64,000 nucleotides of DNA from Octopus vulgaris (taxonomy: Eukaryota), in the NCBI GenBank assembly GCA_951406725.2, contig OX597817.1, positions 42,594,001 to 42,658,000 on the forward strand, read 5' to 3'. The stretch's first letter is position 1. Every line of letters begins with the position of its first letter. The notes beneath the pieces were generated by a model. That model had not been told where the DNA came from. It saw nothing but the letters and a program-made list of their open reading frames with translations, and searched no databases. Shown piece after piece: positions 38,166 to 51,572 of the stretch. A program made the position numbers and the translations under genes.

Positions 38166-38500
38166 CATACGACAGGCCTCCTTCGGCCTCTGTCCACTAA
38201 ATCCACTCACAAGGCCTTGGTCGGCCATTCGGTACCAGACAGGGATTCTGGATTATTTTTCTTGTTTTTTTACTTAATTTTTGAGAATGGTCGGGTTTAT
38301 ATTTAGTATTCTCCTTTGTTAGAGCAGTTGAGTTTATTTCAGTTATTCTCATTCTAAAAATCATTTCTAGCTAATCGTTGTGAAGACATTGGTATTGCCT
38401 TGGTGGAGGTTTGCACTCTCTAAGTGATCTTGTTCATTCTGCTATCAGCATGATGTAATATGTTTGTTACCTTTTTAGAGCTAATATTTTTAACAAGAAT

Positions 38501-38710
38501 AAGGTGGTGAGCTGGCAGAATCGTTAGCACACCGAGCAAAAAGCTTAGCAACATTTTGTCTGTCTTTATGTTCTGAGTTCAAAATCCACCATGGGTGACT
38601 ATGCCTTACAACCAAGTTGGGGTCAATAAAATAACTGCCAGTTGAGCACTGCGATGATGTAATTGACTTACCCCTATCCTGCAAAATTTGCTAGCCTTAT
38701 ACCAAAATTT
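38501..38710 (+). mobile_element. SINE family B, diverged
   Basis: Head and Nin domain. Confidence 0.8.
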
Positions 38711-39757
38711 GAAGCTAATATTTTTAACAAGAATATATTCTCCTTTTGTAAATTAGTTTTCAAAATAATTAAGAATTATGAGAGGTTGAGTGAAATAAGT
38801 AACTTGAACTTTTCACACATTCAAATTCTATGTTACTTTTCATGTAATGCTGATATTTCAGTCCAAGACTTAAAATTTAAGTTCTAACCCTTTAAAAGAG
38901 CCTATTTTAAGTGGGCTGGTTTTGAGAGCATTAAAGCCATTTCCAATAAACTACAGATGTAGTTGTGTGAATAAGAAGCATGCTTCCCAACCATGAGATC
39001 TTGGGTTCAATCCCACTGCACAGCATCTTGAGCAAGTGCTTTCTACTATTATCCCAAGCTGACCAAAGCCTTGCAAGAGGATTTGGTAGACAGAAACTGA
39101 AAGAAACCCATTATCTATCTATCTATATATATATATATATATATATATTACAAGATAAGAAAATAGAGAGATAATTAATAAATCTATTTTCTTATCTTAA
39201 TTATCTCTCTATTTTCATATCTTATTGTAATAAATAAATATATATAAACCACGGTTTATATAGTTACCTTACAGTTATATATTAATTGTAAAGTTCAACA
39301 TTCTTTGTATAGGTAACTAACCAGCACTTTCATAGAACTTTGCTATCCCTTAATGAGGTTTGTAACCTTTATCTGAACTTCTTTATATATATATATATTA
39401 ATTCTTTATATATATATTAATTAACTGATACTGTTTTTGTACATTGGGTAAATGTGGTTTCTTTGTTGTAGTTCAATTAATGTTAGTGTTTAATCCTTCC
39501 TAGAGTTAAGATTGAATGATTGTGGGGATATCTAAGGTATGTTTGTTCCCAAACAACACTTATTTTAGTGCTGTTGATACTACCAGATTGAATGGTACTG
39601 CCCAAGTGTTGAAATCATAGTGATATCTGTGGGGCAGCTGATGATGGAGGTGTGTTGGATTGTTGGTATGGCTGTTATTGTATGTACGGAATAGTTTTTA
39701 AGACAGCCATTTGATATATACATATGTGTGTGCATATATATATATATATATACATAT

Positions 39758-40052
39758 ATATATTGTATAAAGGATCATGGGTAAGGCCAAAACAAGGCGA
39801 AGTAAATGCTAGGTAAATCACAAGAAAACGAATATGTGAATTAATGTAAACTTACCTTGTATTCAATATTCAACAATTTCTTGAAAATGGGGTCAAAACC
39901 CTGAAATATTGAATACAAGGTAAGTTTACATTAATTTACATATTTGTTTCGTTGTGATTTATCTTGCATTTACTTCACATTGTTTTGGCCTTACCCACGA
40001 TTCTTTATACAATATATTCTACACAATGCTTCAAAGTAATTATACCATTATA

Positions 40053-40056
<4 letters not shown>
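39758..40056 (+). mobile_element. Foldback pLTR-like element with degenerate hammerhead at 39878-39913
   Basis: 113-bp arms 39758-39870 / 39905-40017; TTC-TTGAAAA-T-GGGGT(caaa)ACCCT-GAAA-TATT-GAA; flanked by (TA)n. Confidence 0.7.
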
Positions 40057-40117
<61 letters not shown>

Positions 40118-40357
40118 TACACACACACATTCGTTTTTGTATTCGGTTTGCAAGATTCTTGACGTAAATTTGTGAGTTGGAACAAATCTTCTTGTATCTA
40201 GGGAGAGTCATTATGCCAATAATAATTAAAATAAAAACACACTGGTTCAATACCACTTCCTTACTTTACCAACTAACTATCTAATGGTTTATTTAATGTA
40301 TTGACTGAACAATCAGTCTGTTGTTAGTTTTTTCTGTCAGAATCCTTTTATTCACTA

Positions 40358-40752
40358 CTAGCAGTATCGCCCTGCATTTATCGGGTTTGTTTCGACCCTT
40401 TAGAATTGGAATTTTTGAAGAGTAAAAATTTTGCATTATGTAGCTTGTTATTCTCTTTAAGTGAACATTTTTCTGGTTGAAATACGAGGAAAAATGGCGA
40501 CACAGCAGTAAAAAAATCGTAAAAAATAAGGATTTTTATAGAAAAAAAGCACCTTTTTTATGTAAATAATTTTTGATGTTAATATGGTCCGATTTGAATT
40601 TTTTTCTTCTACAGAAGGAAGAGCAAGCCTTCTTCTATCATACTCTCAATTTTGGTCAACTTGCACCGCAGGGTCTCGGAGGAGATAGTGTTAGTTGAAG
40701 GCTACCAAACCTGCCATACACAGACAACTTCAGCTTTATGTATAGAGAGAGA
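40358..40752 (-). mobile_element. Non-autonomous Helitron
   Basis: 5' TC, 3' hairpin plus CTAG, inserted at A|T; second copy at 46660-47040. Confidence 0.9.
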
Positions 40753-41149
40753 TTTGTAATCTCATCAGTGACATACCCTCACCCTTCATATATATGTATA
40801 TGTATGTACGGTTGGGTGTACTTTTGTACCCTTGTCTAGACATCTTGTGATGGATGTAAACGAGTGTCATTATCATACAAGCAAGGATGTTCATCTATTG
40901 TCTTCCATGGAAAACATGAAAAACATATTACTTGATTGGGAACAGGTGAGAGATGGCAACGCGGAATGAAAATCTGCCACAATAAAATTTGCCTGACCTG
41001 CGCAAACATGGAAAGCCAGATATTAAATGATGATGATGATTATCATCATCATGATCATCATCATCATCATGACGACGACGACGGTGGTGGTGGTGGTGGT
41101 GAAGGTGGTGGTTGTGGTGGGGGTGGGGGTGATGCTTCCATATTCCAAG

Positions 41150-41405
41150 CATTGGTGACGGCGCCATGTAAAAAGTACTGATTGTGGTACCACACAAAAA
41201 GCACCGGTACTAATGCCAAATAAAAAGCACTAGCGATGGCGCCGTGTAAAAAGCACCCAGTACATTCTGTAAAGTATTTGGCATTAAGAAGGGCATCCAG
41301 CTGCAGAGACCATACAAAAACACACCATGGAACCTGGTGCAACTCCTGACCCTGTCAGCTCCATCAAACTATCCAGCATGGAAAACAGACATTAAATTAT
41401 GATGG

Positions 41406-41437
<32 letters not shown>

Positions 41438-41547
41438 GTGGTGGTGATGGTGATGGTGATGGTGGTGATGGTGACGATGGTGACGATGGTGATGATGGTG
41501 ATGATGGTGATGATGATGATGATGATGATGATGACGACGACGACGAC

Positions 41548-41580
<33 letters not shown>

Positions 41581-41650
41581 GGTGATGATGATGGTGACAA
41601 TGATGATGATGATGATGATGATGACAATGAGAACGACAATGATGACAACG
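41150..41650 (+). mobile_element. Degraded family D element with long (GAT/GGT)n tail
   Basis: gtaaaaagcacc modules and ggcattaagaagggcatccagctg. Confidence 0.75.
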
Positions 41651-42546
41651 GATATATCAGCAAAAAATGTACACAACAGTAAGAAAATAGCTATACTGGT
41701 GAATTCAAATAAAAATACACAATGCTGTATTTAGTCTGACTGAGTTCCACAAACTCTCCTTTGTAGTGAACCTCATCATCTGTCCATTGGTTTCACAAAA
41801 TATTGAATTTATTAGTTAAAGTACATAACAGAAGCAGTAGCTTTGTCTTTTAAGAAATATAAGGCCATATTCATAGGTGTAAAATATGTACTGAAATAAA
41901 AGCACACCTTGTTAAATTACCAAGCAGACAATGGCATTATTCAAATTCCCTTTAGAAATGATTATCAAATAGCTTTAATTACCACAAAATTTTAATATCC
42001 AGTAACAAAGTAACAACGGAATTTTCATAATGTTAGAGAAGTGTTACTCTTTTGCAACTTCTCTGTTCATCACCAGAACAGTATTAATAATTATTCAAAA
42101 TATAATGACTCAATTTTACAGTGATTGGTTCAGTAACGATCAAACATGCTTATGATGAAAAGGTGTTTCAATCATGGCTGTCTTGTCTTTTGATCAAACA
42201 GCATAACTAAAACTACATTATCCAAAGTGTTGTGCCCTACATTTTTTTAAAAGGGTGTGATTTGATGGAGATTTGACTACTAATTCTAGCATGTCAAATA
42301 ACCACCTAGAGGCGATTTCACTGTATTAAGGTGCATAATTTAAGAGAGTAGAATTTTTTATTTCTAAAATTCTAGAAGGTAATAATACAATGACAAATAA
42401 TATTGTGTAGCCTAAAAGTCATGAGTCACTGTGATGAACAGGTGTGGGGGATAGAAAAATTAATTAAGTTACAGTTTGATCAGGTCGAAAATATAAAATA
42501 ACTAATGTTCAGAAGAATTTTCTTTGAGACTTATAAGAATCTGTTG

Positions 42547-42845
42547 TGGAGGCACATGGCCTAGTGATTAGGGCAGCGGCCTCGCGGTCGAGGGATCGAG
42601 GGTTCGAATCTCAGACCAGGCGATGTGTGTGTTTACGAGCGAAACACCTAAGCTCCACACAGCTCCGGCAGAAGGTAATGCCAAACTTCTGCTGACTTTT
42701 TCGCCACAACTTTCTCTCACTCTTTCCTCCTGCATCTTGCAGCTCACCTGTGACGGACTGGCATCCCATCCAGGTGGGGAACCTATATGCCAAGGAGGCC
42801 GGGAAACTGGCCCTTATGAGCCAGGCATGGCTCAGGATGGAACAA
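42547..42845 (+). mobile_element. SINE family C (V-domain-like)
   Basis: A/B boxes and cctgtgacggactggcatcccatccagg. Confidence 0.88.
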
Positions 42846-43809
42846 TAAAAAGACAGGGGATGGCTCATAGTCTCATTTCCTATTGAAGTCAACTGATATG
42901 ACTTTTGTAGCCAAATTGGTGCACTGTTTCCTACAGAAGAGTGATCTGCAACCAAAATAATTGTCACAAGTGTGTTGAGGATTTCATCAAACGTTGCTAT
43001 GGTGGCTGTTAAGTTAGTAAATATAAATGTATTTCTTGGATCGTGTGAAGAAGTAACAACACTCATGAACAATTAACAGAAGATTTTATCATTGCAAGAA
43101 AAGGTTAAACTGTGTTGGACTTTTGCAAATAATAACAGCAATAATTACATCGAAGGAGAGAAGGAAAAAGCCATGCCATGTCAAATGAAGTCACTTATGA
43201 GATATTGTGTGAATTTTTAGTTTGTTCTGTCGAAGACCCTGGAAAGGGTCAGCATGAATATCCCCAGTAAGAGTGAAGGCACATCTCTCTCTCTTAGCTG
43301 CCTTCAATACCCTGCTTGGCAAGAGGATGAGTGAATGGACTGGCCATTCTCAATACTCTGCAAAAAGTTAAGGTGCCAAAAAGTGGCTTTCTATAATACA
43401 CAGAGAGAAGATTCTAGAAAATTGAATCATGCAATGGCTTGACACTGATCGGTTGCTTAATAGATTAATCACGTGAAATTGCTATGGTTTGATCGTGATG
43501 TCTGACCAGATACCTAGTGATTTGGTTTCAAATCGCCACTACACAACTGAAGAAAGCCACCAGGGAAATAGGCATGGCAGCAGGAACCAGCTCAAAGCGG
43601 TTGTAGTTGACAAGAAACGGCAGATGTAACCCTTCCATAGGCAAAGATTAATTCAGTCCTCACTGCCCAACTCAAGTAAAGTGTACAAGCTAAGAGGCGA
43701 AATTCTTGTAACCCTGGGTTACCTGTTGATGATACAGGAGGATTTCCAGCATTGTGATAGATTTCAGAATAAGAGCTTTCTACACCTCTGAGTAACTACT
43801 GCAGTTTAA

Positions 43810-44398
43810 ATATAATGAAATTATTGTATACAGTGCTCAAGTGCACCACAACTTGTCAAAAGTGCATATAAAGCATATGCAGTAATGTACAAATGTCTGG
43901 GAAATGAACTGTGTATGAGACAGATACATGCTTGTGTGTGTATGGAGGGGAGAAAATCAGGTGTAGTGTTGGCAAATCTCAGGAAGCATGGAACTTTTGA
44001 AGGATGCAGTGCTCCGACAACTAAAAACCGATGCCAGCAGTTTGTTCCATGCTTCAGCAACTCTTAGCATGAAAAAATGTTTCCGAAAGTCATGGGAGCT
44101 GTGTTGTTTTCTGACTTTGTAAACATGTCCACAGGTGTTAAACAGGTGGAGTTTGAAAAGGTGCTCAGAGTTATTGTTAGTAAGATGATTAATAATCTTA
44201 TGGGTGTCTGCCAAGTTAGCTGCCAGACGTTGGAGTTTCAATGTATCCATGCCTGATGGAGGGTATTCTCTTGGTTGCATGTCGCTGGGCGGTTTCCAGG
44301 CAATTAATATCCTGGGCAAGATAGGGATTCCAGACTGATAATACAAATTCTAGGTGAGGTCGCACCATAGCTATATAAAGACTCAGATAGATAGCCAA
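43810..44398 (-). mobile_element. CR1-like LINE 3' fragment, decayed
   Basis: LYIAMVRPHLEF..WNPY..QRHATK, FF.LRVAEAWNKL. Confidence 0.9.
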
Positions 44399-45108
44399 GC
44401 ATGTCCAATGATTATTTCATTTGTTCTTCAACTATTAGTTTCAAATTTTGGCACATTGACCCCAGTGCTCAACATGTACTTATTTTATCAACCCTGAAAA
44501 AATGAAAGATAAAGTCGACCCCTGCAGCATTTGAACTCAGAATGTATAGTCAGAAGAAATGCCACTAAACATTTTGTCCAATACCCACTATTCTTCATTT
44601 GTTGAAATTTGTGCATTTGGATATGTTAGCATATCATGAAGAAAAAAGAATATGTGGTTTTTATGGATTAACATTTCATCTGAAAAGAAAATAATATTGT
44701 TCTCTTTGTCAGACAGAAAGACAATCCCAAAAAGCTAGATTCTTCTTCGCTGCATGACATACAAATGTATTCAAAATCACGAGGTTCTCTGATTAATTTT
44801 TGTCAACACAAACGATTTACCAGTGTCGCTAGGTTTTTCTCTTTCCACTCTCTTATTCAATGTTCCGGATATCAAACTACAAGATCATATTAATGAAGAC
44901 AATACAACTTGTTTAAATATTAATGAGGTTATTTACAAGAAGAATCCTTAATTGATTTTATGATTATTGATGGCATTATGCCGTGTTTCATTAAAGCATT
45001 TTCCAAGATTCCAGTTGAGCTGGCAATGTATCAAAAGGTTTCACAGCTAACAATAAATAAGAATACCCTTAACCTTGGAAGTAACAATCAGATATTGAGC
45101 ACTTGTGT

Positions 45109-45142
<34 letters not shown>

Positions 45143-45510
45143 GTCTATGTCAACCTTGATTAAATTAATATGTCATCAAATATATTCTATCTCATATAGC
45201 TTTTCCTTTTATTTAAGACACTATATGGGATTTGGGGGAGATTTGGCAGCTATTTCTAGCAGGTCAAACAATCTTAAAGAGTTGTCCTCATAGGCTCATT
45301 GTATATTCAGTGTAACCAGAAGGTAGTAAAAAGATATGGTATGTTTAAATGTTAACCAGCAGCTCATTAAAATCTTAATTATGCAATGCACAGGTTGTAT
45401 GACTACAAATCAGATATGTCATATTGTATGACAACAGATAAATTGTAGGGTACACTGCAAGGTTACAGATAAATTGTATATCAGACCACTACATACATAT
45501 ATATATATAT

Positions 45511-45841
45511 AGGAAGAATTCACAAAAGAATCAAAAGACAAAGGACAGGTGGTGTAGACAACAAACAGATGTGTTAGTATAATGCTCAGGAAGTGAAAAA
45601 GTCTTTAATGTTTCGAGCCTACGCTCTTCCACAGAAAGGAACGCAGAAAGAAACAAGGAGAGCCACTACACACAATTTTTTCTCTCCTTGTTTCTCTCCT
45701 TGTTTTTTTTCTGTGTCCCTTTCTGTAGAAGAGCATAGGCTTGAAACGTAAAAGACTTTTTCTATTCCTGAGCGTTATACTAATACATCTGTTTGTTGTC
45801 TACACCACCTGTCTTCGTCTTTTGTTTTTTTCGTGAACTCT

Positions 45842-45845
<4 letters not shown>
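45511..45845. mobile_element. Foldback pLTR-like element with two variant hammerheads (45603-45638 -, 45719-45754 +)
   Basis: ~150-bp inverted arms in (TA)n; CTTT-CTGTRGA-A-GAGC(rtag)GCTY-GAAA-CRTW-AAAG. Confidence 0.75.
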
Positions 45846-45924
<79 letters not shown>

Positions 45925-46523
45925 TACAGGAAACCTTTTGAATATGCAAATAAAACTCCTATTCCATTATGCCAACCACAGTCTAATGATGCTGACTAGT
46001 GAACCAGTTTTTTGGGACTGCATCAAGCTGTGTCACCAGCACGGGTGCCAGTTGCATGACACCAGTGTCCGCCATGACAACAATTTCACTTGGCTTCATT
46101 GGTCTTCTTCTCTTTCTTCACATGGTCAGTTGTAGTGAAAAAATATATAATAAAAGAAGGAAAATGCACACAATTTATATAGTTTTACTATATTCTAAAG
46201 GACAGAATATTATGACAGTCAATCGCCAGGTCACTCATGAATGCTACTGGTACCATACAGTCTGGTACAATATGTTGCATGACTTGCTTATTGGTAGCTA
46301 AAGTAGATCCCTAACCAGACTTTCCTAGTGAGGAGAGTTGCTTAAAACCCTGCAAAACAAATAGCAATACCCGTTAAAAAAACATAGGAACCCTGCATAG
46401 AATCAATAACTACCTATCAATTGCATAGGGATGTAGAATTGTGTGCATTATGGTGAAGAAGCACACTGCAGGACCATATAAGAGTAATGGGCTCTTATTT
46501 CTTATAAGAACATCTGTCTAGGA

Positions 46524-47170
46524 CAATGGTTCTCAACCAAGTTCCATATGGATCTTGGGATCCACATAAGATTTTGTTATTTAAATTTATCTGCGATAAA
46601 TTGGATATACTTCTACAAAGCACAAAATATTTTAACAATTTTTTTAATACAATTCCTAATCTCTCTATATATAAAGCTGAAGTTGTCTGTGTATGGCAGG
46701 TTTGGTAGCCTTCAACTAATACTATCTCCTCCGTGACCCTGTGACGCAAGTTGACCAAAATTGAGAGTATGATAGAAGAAGGCTTGCTCTTCATTCCGTA
46801 GAAGAAAAAATTCAAATTGGACCAAAAATTATTAACATCAAAAAGGTGCTTTTTTTCTATGAAAATCCCTATTTTTTACGATTTTGTGACAGCTGTGTTG
46901 CCATTTTTCAGTGTATTTCAACCAGAAAAATGTTCACTTAAAGAGAATAACAAGCTATATAATGCAAAATTTTTACTTTTCAAAAATTCCAATTCTAAAG
47001 GGTCGAAACAAACCCGAGCAATGCCGGGCGATACTGCTAGTAATATTTAGTAATAAAAATTCAATAATAAAAATATAATAATTCTTTAAATATCGAATAG
47101 CTAAAAGAGCTCATCTGAGTAAAATAGGCATCATAGGGGTCTCTAGGTAAAAAATGGTTGAGAAACACTG
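46524..47170. mobile_element. hAT (Charlie/Buster-like) MITE
   Basis: TIRs caatggttctcaacc / ggttgagaaacactg and 8-bp TSD GTCTAGGA at 46516-46523 and 47171-47178. Confidence 0.9.
46660..47040 (+). mobile_element. Non-autonomous Helitron nested in the hAT MITE
   Basis: A|TC start, cccgagcaatgccggg hairpin, CTAG|T end. Confidence 0.92.
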
Positions 47171-47894
47171 GTCTAGGAGAAGGGTACTCTGATGTAAAAT
47201 CTGAGGATTGTTCAGCTTTTGGTTATCCTAGCAAATGCTGACCCACCAGAAGATAAGATGTTCAATCTGAAAACTGAATGAAGTTCTGTGAATGCTTCAC
47301 TCACTGTTATCAATTTCGTGCACATGAAGTCATTGGAAAACATCATACGGATCACTCACCTGTGGGAATGGAGAATCAAGGCACATACAAGATTGAACTG
47401 CTGTAAGTATGTAATTGCAAACATACACATAGACAGCTTGGAATATTGGTTGCTTCCTTTTCAAACTATGGTAATGGAAACATTTGGCAACACCTCAAGG
47501 GAATGAGCACTTTTTTTTATTTTCATTTTTATTTCCAAGGAGAGCACTGGTTACCTGTTAATCAAATAGGACCTAGTAAAGGTGACCTAAACAAAACTTG
47601 CCTAATTTTGAAACTGGTTACCTGCAACTGGTTGTTGTCCTATTTTGGTGTGTTTCCATGGTAACATTCAAGGCATTTACAATTTTCCAAGAAGTGGTCA
47701 TGTATGAATATAAGTTGACATCCACTGCGTATAATAAGCACAGATATGGGTGTGTAGTTAAGAAGCTTGTTTTCCAGCCTTGTGGTTTCAGGTTCAGTCC
47801 CACTGCATGGCACCTTAGTCAAATGTCTTCTACTATACAATGCTATTGAAGCCTTGTCAGTGGATTGGGTTGACAGAAACTAAAAGAAGTTTAA

Positions 47895-48130
47895 AGATGG
47901 CAAGTTGGCAGAAACATTAGCACGCTGGGCGAAATGCTTAGTGGTATTTCGTCTGCCACTACGTTCTGAATTCAAATTCCACCGCGGTTGACTTTTCATT
48001 TCATCCCTTTGGAGTCGATAAATTAAATAACTGTTACGCACTGGGGTCAATATAATCGACTTAATCTGTTTGTTTGTCCTTGTTTGTCCCCTCTGCATAT
48101 ATCCCCTTGTGGGCAGTAAAGAAATAAGAA
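47895..48130 (+). mobile_element. SINE family B
   Basis: Head and Nin domain. Confidence 0.88.
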
Positions 48131-48676
48131 ACTAAAAGCTTGTATGTGTTTGTATGTCTGTGTGTGTCTTCCTGTGTGTGTGTCTTCCTGTGTGTGTGTC
48201 TGTCTGTGTGGGGGTGGTGCATGCGTGCATGCATGCGTGTGTGATGGCATGTGAGCTCATGATTAGTTTGTTGGACTTAAGAAGATAACAAAGAACCCAG
48301 ATGATTGGTTCAGCATGGCAAAATGGGTGTTTAAATGTTTAATACATCATTTGTCTCTTGCATATTTTTGTCCCCATTTACTGTTCTATTCATTATCCTC
48401 TTATCTGCTACCCTTACTTTATCCTTTATACTAAGACACAAGTGTAACGGAGATGGCATTTAATCTGTCCATATTTAACCCTTCCATCATCATCCATTAC
48501 CACTATTCTTGTATTCTCTGTGACTGTCACCTCTGTATCTCTCTACCTCTTTTCCATTACAACACCACTGTGATGAAAAATGGCATCGAATCTGCTCTTA
48601 TTCAATACCCGCTACCATCACTCTCAAACACTAACCCTCATTCTCCCATCTCTGTGTAACTCTTAGTCAATATTAA

Positions 48677-49090
48677 CCTATTTCTTTACTGCCCACATGG
48701 GGCTAAACACAGAAGGAACAAACAAGGACAGACAAACAGATTAAGTCGATTATATCAACCCCAGTGCATACCTGGTACTTATTTAATTGACCCCAAAAGG
48801 ATGAAAGGCAAAGTCGACCTCGGAGGAATTTGAACTCAGAACGTAATGGCAGACAAAATACCTATTTCTTTACTACCCACAAGGGGCTGAACATAGAGTA
48901 GACAAACAAGGACAGACAAAGGGATTAAGTCGATTACATCAACCCCAGTGCTTAACTGGTACTTAATTTATCAACCCCGAAAGGATGAAAGGCAAAGTCG
49001 ACCACAGCGGAATTTGAACTCAGAACGTAATGGCAGATGAAATACCGCTAAACATTTCGCCCAGCATGCTAACGTTTCTGCCAGCTTGCC
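48677..49090 (-). mobile_element. SINE family B with a ~185-bp tandem duplication
   Basis: cctatttctttact...gaactcagaacgtaatggcaga..aatacc occurs twice head to tail. Confidence 0.88.
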
Positions 49091-49781
49091 CACTTACTGT
49101 CATTCACCTATCTCTGCTGCTATCCATCACTTGCACTCTCTTGCTTTGATACATCTTTATTGCTATACCATCATATACCCCATATTGTTTTCTATTCAAC
49201 TTCTTATTCAACCAACTACCAACAACCAGCATGTCACTATCTCTCTTCCACTCCACCTCTCCTGCCATTCTATCAATCTGTTTCCCCCCATAGTACATTA
49301 TATTATCTCCTTTTTCACCCCCTTGATCATCATTTCCTTTCTGCTCATACATCATTCCCCTTCTGTTCACAAGAGTATGAACAGATAGGGAATGAAGATT
49401 GCATAGAGTAAAGAGGACTTTTTAGTCTTACATTGAACAAGGCAACTTCTCTAATGCTGGTGTTACAAAGAAATTCACCCAGTACACAGTAATGGGGCTG
49501 GCAATTGAATGAAGACCATGCAATGTAGATAAGGCCTTTTAGTTTTGCCCTACATATAAAATCTTCTCTAGTGCAGTACCAAAATAAAATGTACTCAGTA
49601 TTCTCTGCTAAGTGGTTGATATCAGGAAAGGCACCCAGTCATAGAAATCATACCAAAAATGGAATAAAATACCAAGGTATGCTCCTCCAAATGAGAACTA
49701 AGTCAGTGATGAGCCATATAGCCCAAACCTGTATGGAAACTTAACATAAAACTAATGATGAGATTTATGATGTATATGAGA

Positions 49782-49813
<32 letters not shown>

Positions 49814-50251
49814 ATGCGTGTGTGTGTGTGTGTGTGTGTGTATACACATGTATATGCACCCATACATTCATATTACTTCACATATGTTAAATATATGAAG
49901 TAAAGATGTTGAGATGAGAGTGCAATAATGGGTAGTTATAGAGATATTGCTTCAGTAGTTTCAGCTTTGTTGTGTTGGAGACAGCAACATCATCACCCGA
50001 CAGCAACAATAACAACAAAGATGAATACAGGAACAATTCTGGACCATTTTATGTAACTCTGCTCTGCAACAAACATCATCTAATCTAATGGATAATTATT
50101 AATTTGCTTTCTTGTTTTCATTTACTTTTGCCAGTTTTGCTCCCAAAAGCACAAACCTACATACGCTCACACACATACACAAACACACATAAACACACAC
50201 AAACACACACATATTCTCTCTAACTCTTTCTTTCATGCAACTTCTCCCCCA

Positions 50252-50319
<68 letters not shown>

Positions 50320-50640
50320 GTTCTCTCTCACTCTCTCTCTCTCTTACTCACTCTCTTGTAGGAAGAAAGACAAAAAGGTTTCTTAGTGAAGTAGCAAACA
50401 TGGAAGACAAAACAAAAAGGAAAAGAATATCTGAACTACTCTAAATCATTAATCAATAGTCTTTTATTACCACTAAGGTTTCATTAACAATGAAGCAGGG
50501 ATGTGGGGGGAGAAATAATCATTCATTTAGTCAGTGCATGAACATAAAACAAATGATCTATTGAAGAAACAAAATGTCATTTGTTAATCATAAACATTGC
50601 CATTTAACTGCTGTCTTCTATGTTTTTCTTTTTATTTCAG

Positions 50641-50972
50641 ATAATCTCAAAGGAAAAGGGTTATTACTCTCTGCCACAGCAAGCATTGATATTGATGCTG
50701 CTGCGACTGCTGATGCCAATGATGAAGGACGAAAAAACAGAACTACAGAAGCTGCTAGGAAAAATGAGTCTGAACCTGTCATAGCTGCTGATCTGACAAG
50801 ATATGCAACGCCATTAGCACTGCTAAATGGCTATGGAAAAGAAATGTCAAGGCAGAAGGAAGCTTTGACTAAAAAACCTAATAGTGATGGAGTTATTATT
50901 GCAGCAGACCTTACGAAATACAATAACCCACTGGACAATGAGAAAATGGAAGAAATGACTCCATTGAAATAA
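50641..50972 (+). CDS. Terminal coding exon of an unidentified host gene
   Basis: Strong acceptor ttttctttttatttcag|, 109 non-repetitive codons to TAA in phase 1, internal peptide repeat VIAADLTRYATPL / IIAADLTKYNNPL. Confidence 0.7.
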
Positions 50973-51027
50973 ATGTCTGCTCATAGCTTTTATTTTTATA
51001 CAATAGCTTCAGTTAGTTAGAACAATT

Positions 51028-51079
<52 letters not shown>

Positions 51080-51157
51080 CATACTAATATTTATCAGATA
51101 CATATAAATACATATGTATGTACATATATATATTTATATGTGTATATGTGTGTATAG

Positions 51158-51199
<42 letters not shown>

Positions 51200-51528
51200 A
51201 GGTATATGTGTGTGTGTGCATATATATATGCGTGTAAGTGTGTGTGTATATATGTGTATATATGTGTGTATATATATGTGTATGTGTGTGCATATATATG
51301 TATATATGTGTGTGTATATATATATATATAAGGTTAGTAGAGTTAGATGTTGGAATAACCATCTAAGGGATATATTTATCCATTATACTACCAGTATAAC
51401 TACCTATGTTAACCCTGGGCATACATATGCAAGCATATCATGCTAATAGGATACGGGCAATGACAAAGATAAACATGAGTTTATCAGGAATCAAATTTAA
51501 ATTTGATTTCTCCATTTTCTGCTTAATT

Positions 51529-51572
<44 letters not shown>

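Larger units (their letters stand above)
37260..38226 (-). mobile_element. SINE family A split by two insertions in its central (TA)n
   Basis: Tail at 37260-37500 and head part at 38160-38226. Confidence 0.8.

Noticed and set aside
39636-39700. CTGATGA box; also CTGAGGA at 52968 and CTAATGA at 45982
   Set aside because: No properly placed stem II plus GAAA; at best very decayed, so not called.
44713-44782. Possible internal exon after tctctttgtcag
   Set aside because: Stop codon in the phase needed to join the candidate exons, and a weak donor.
50574-50640. ATG start of the 132-aa ORF
   Set aside because: The segment reads through a branch point/polypyrimidine tract/AG and is better explained as intron.
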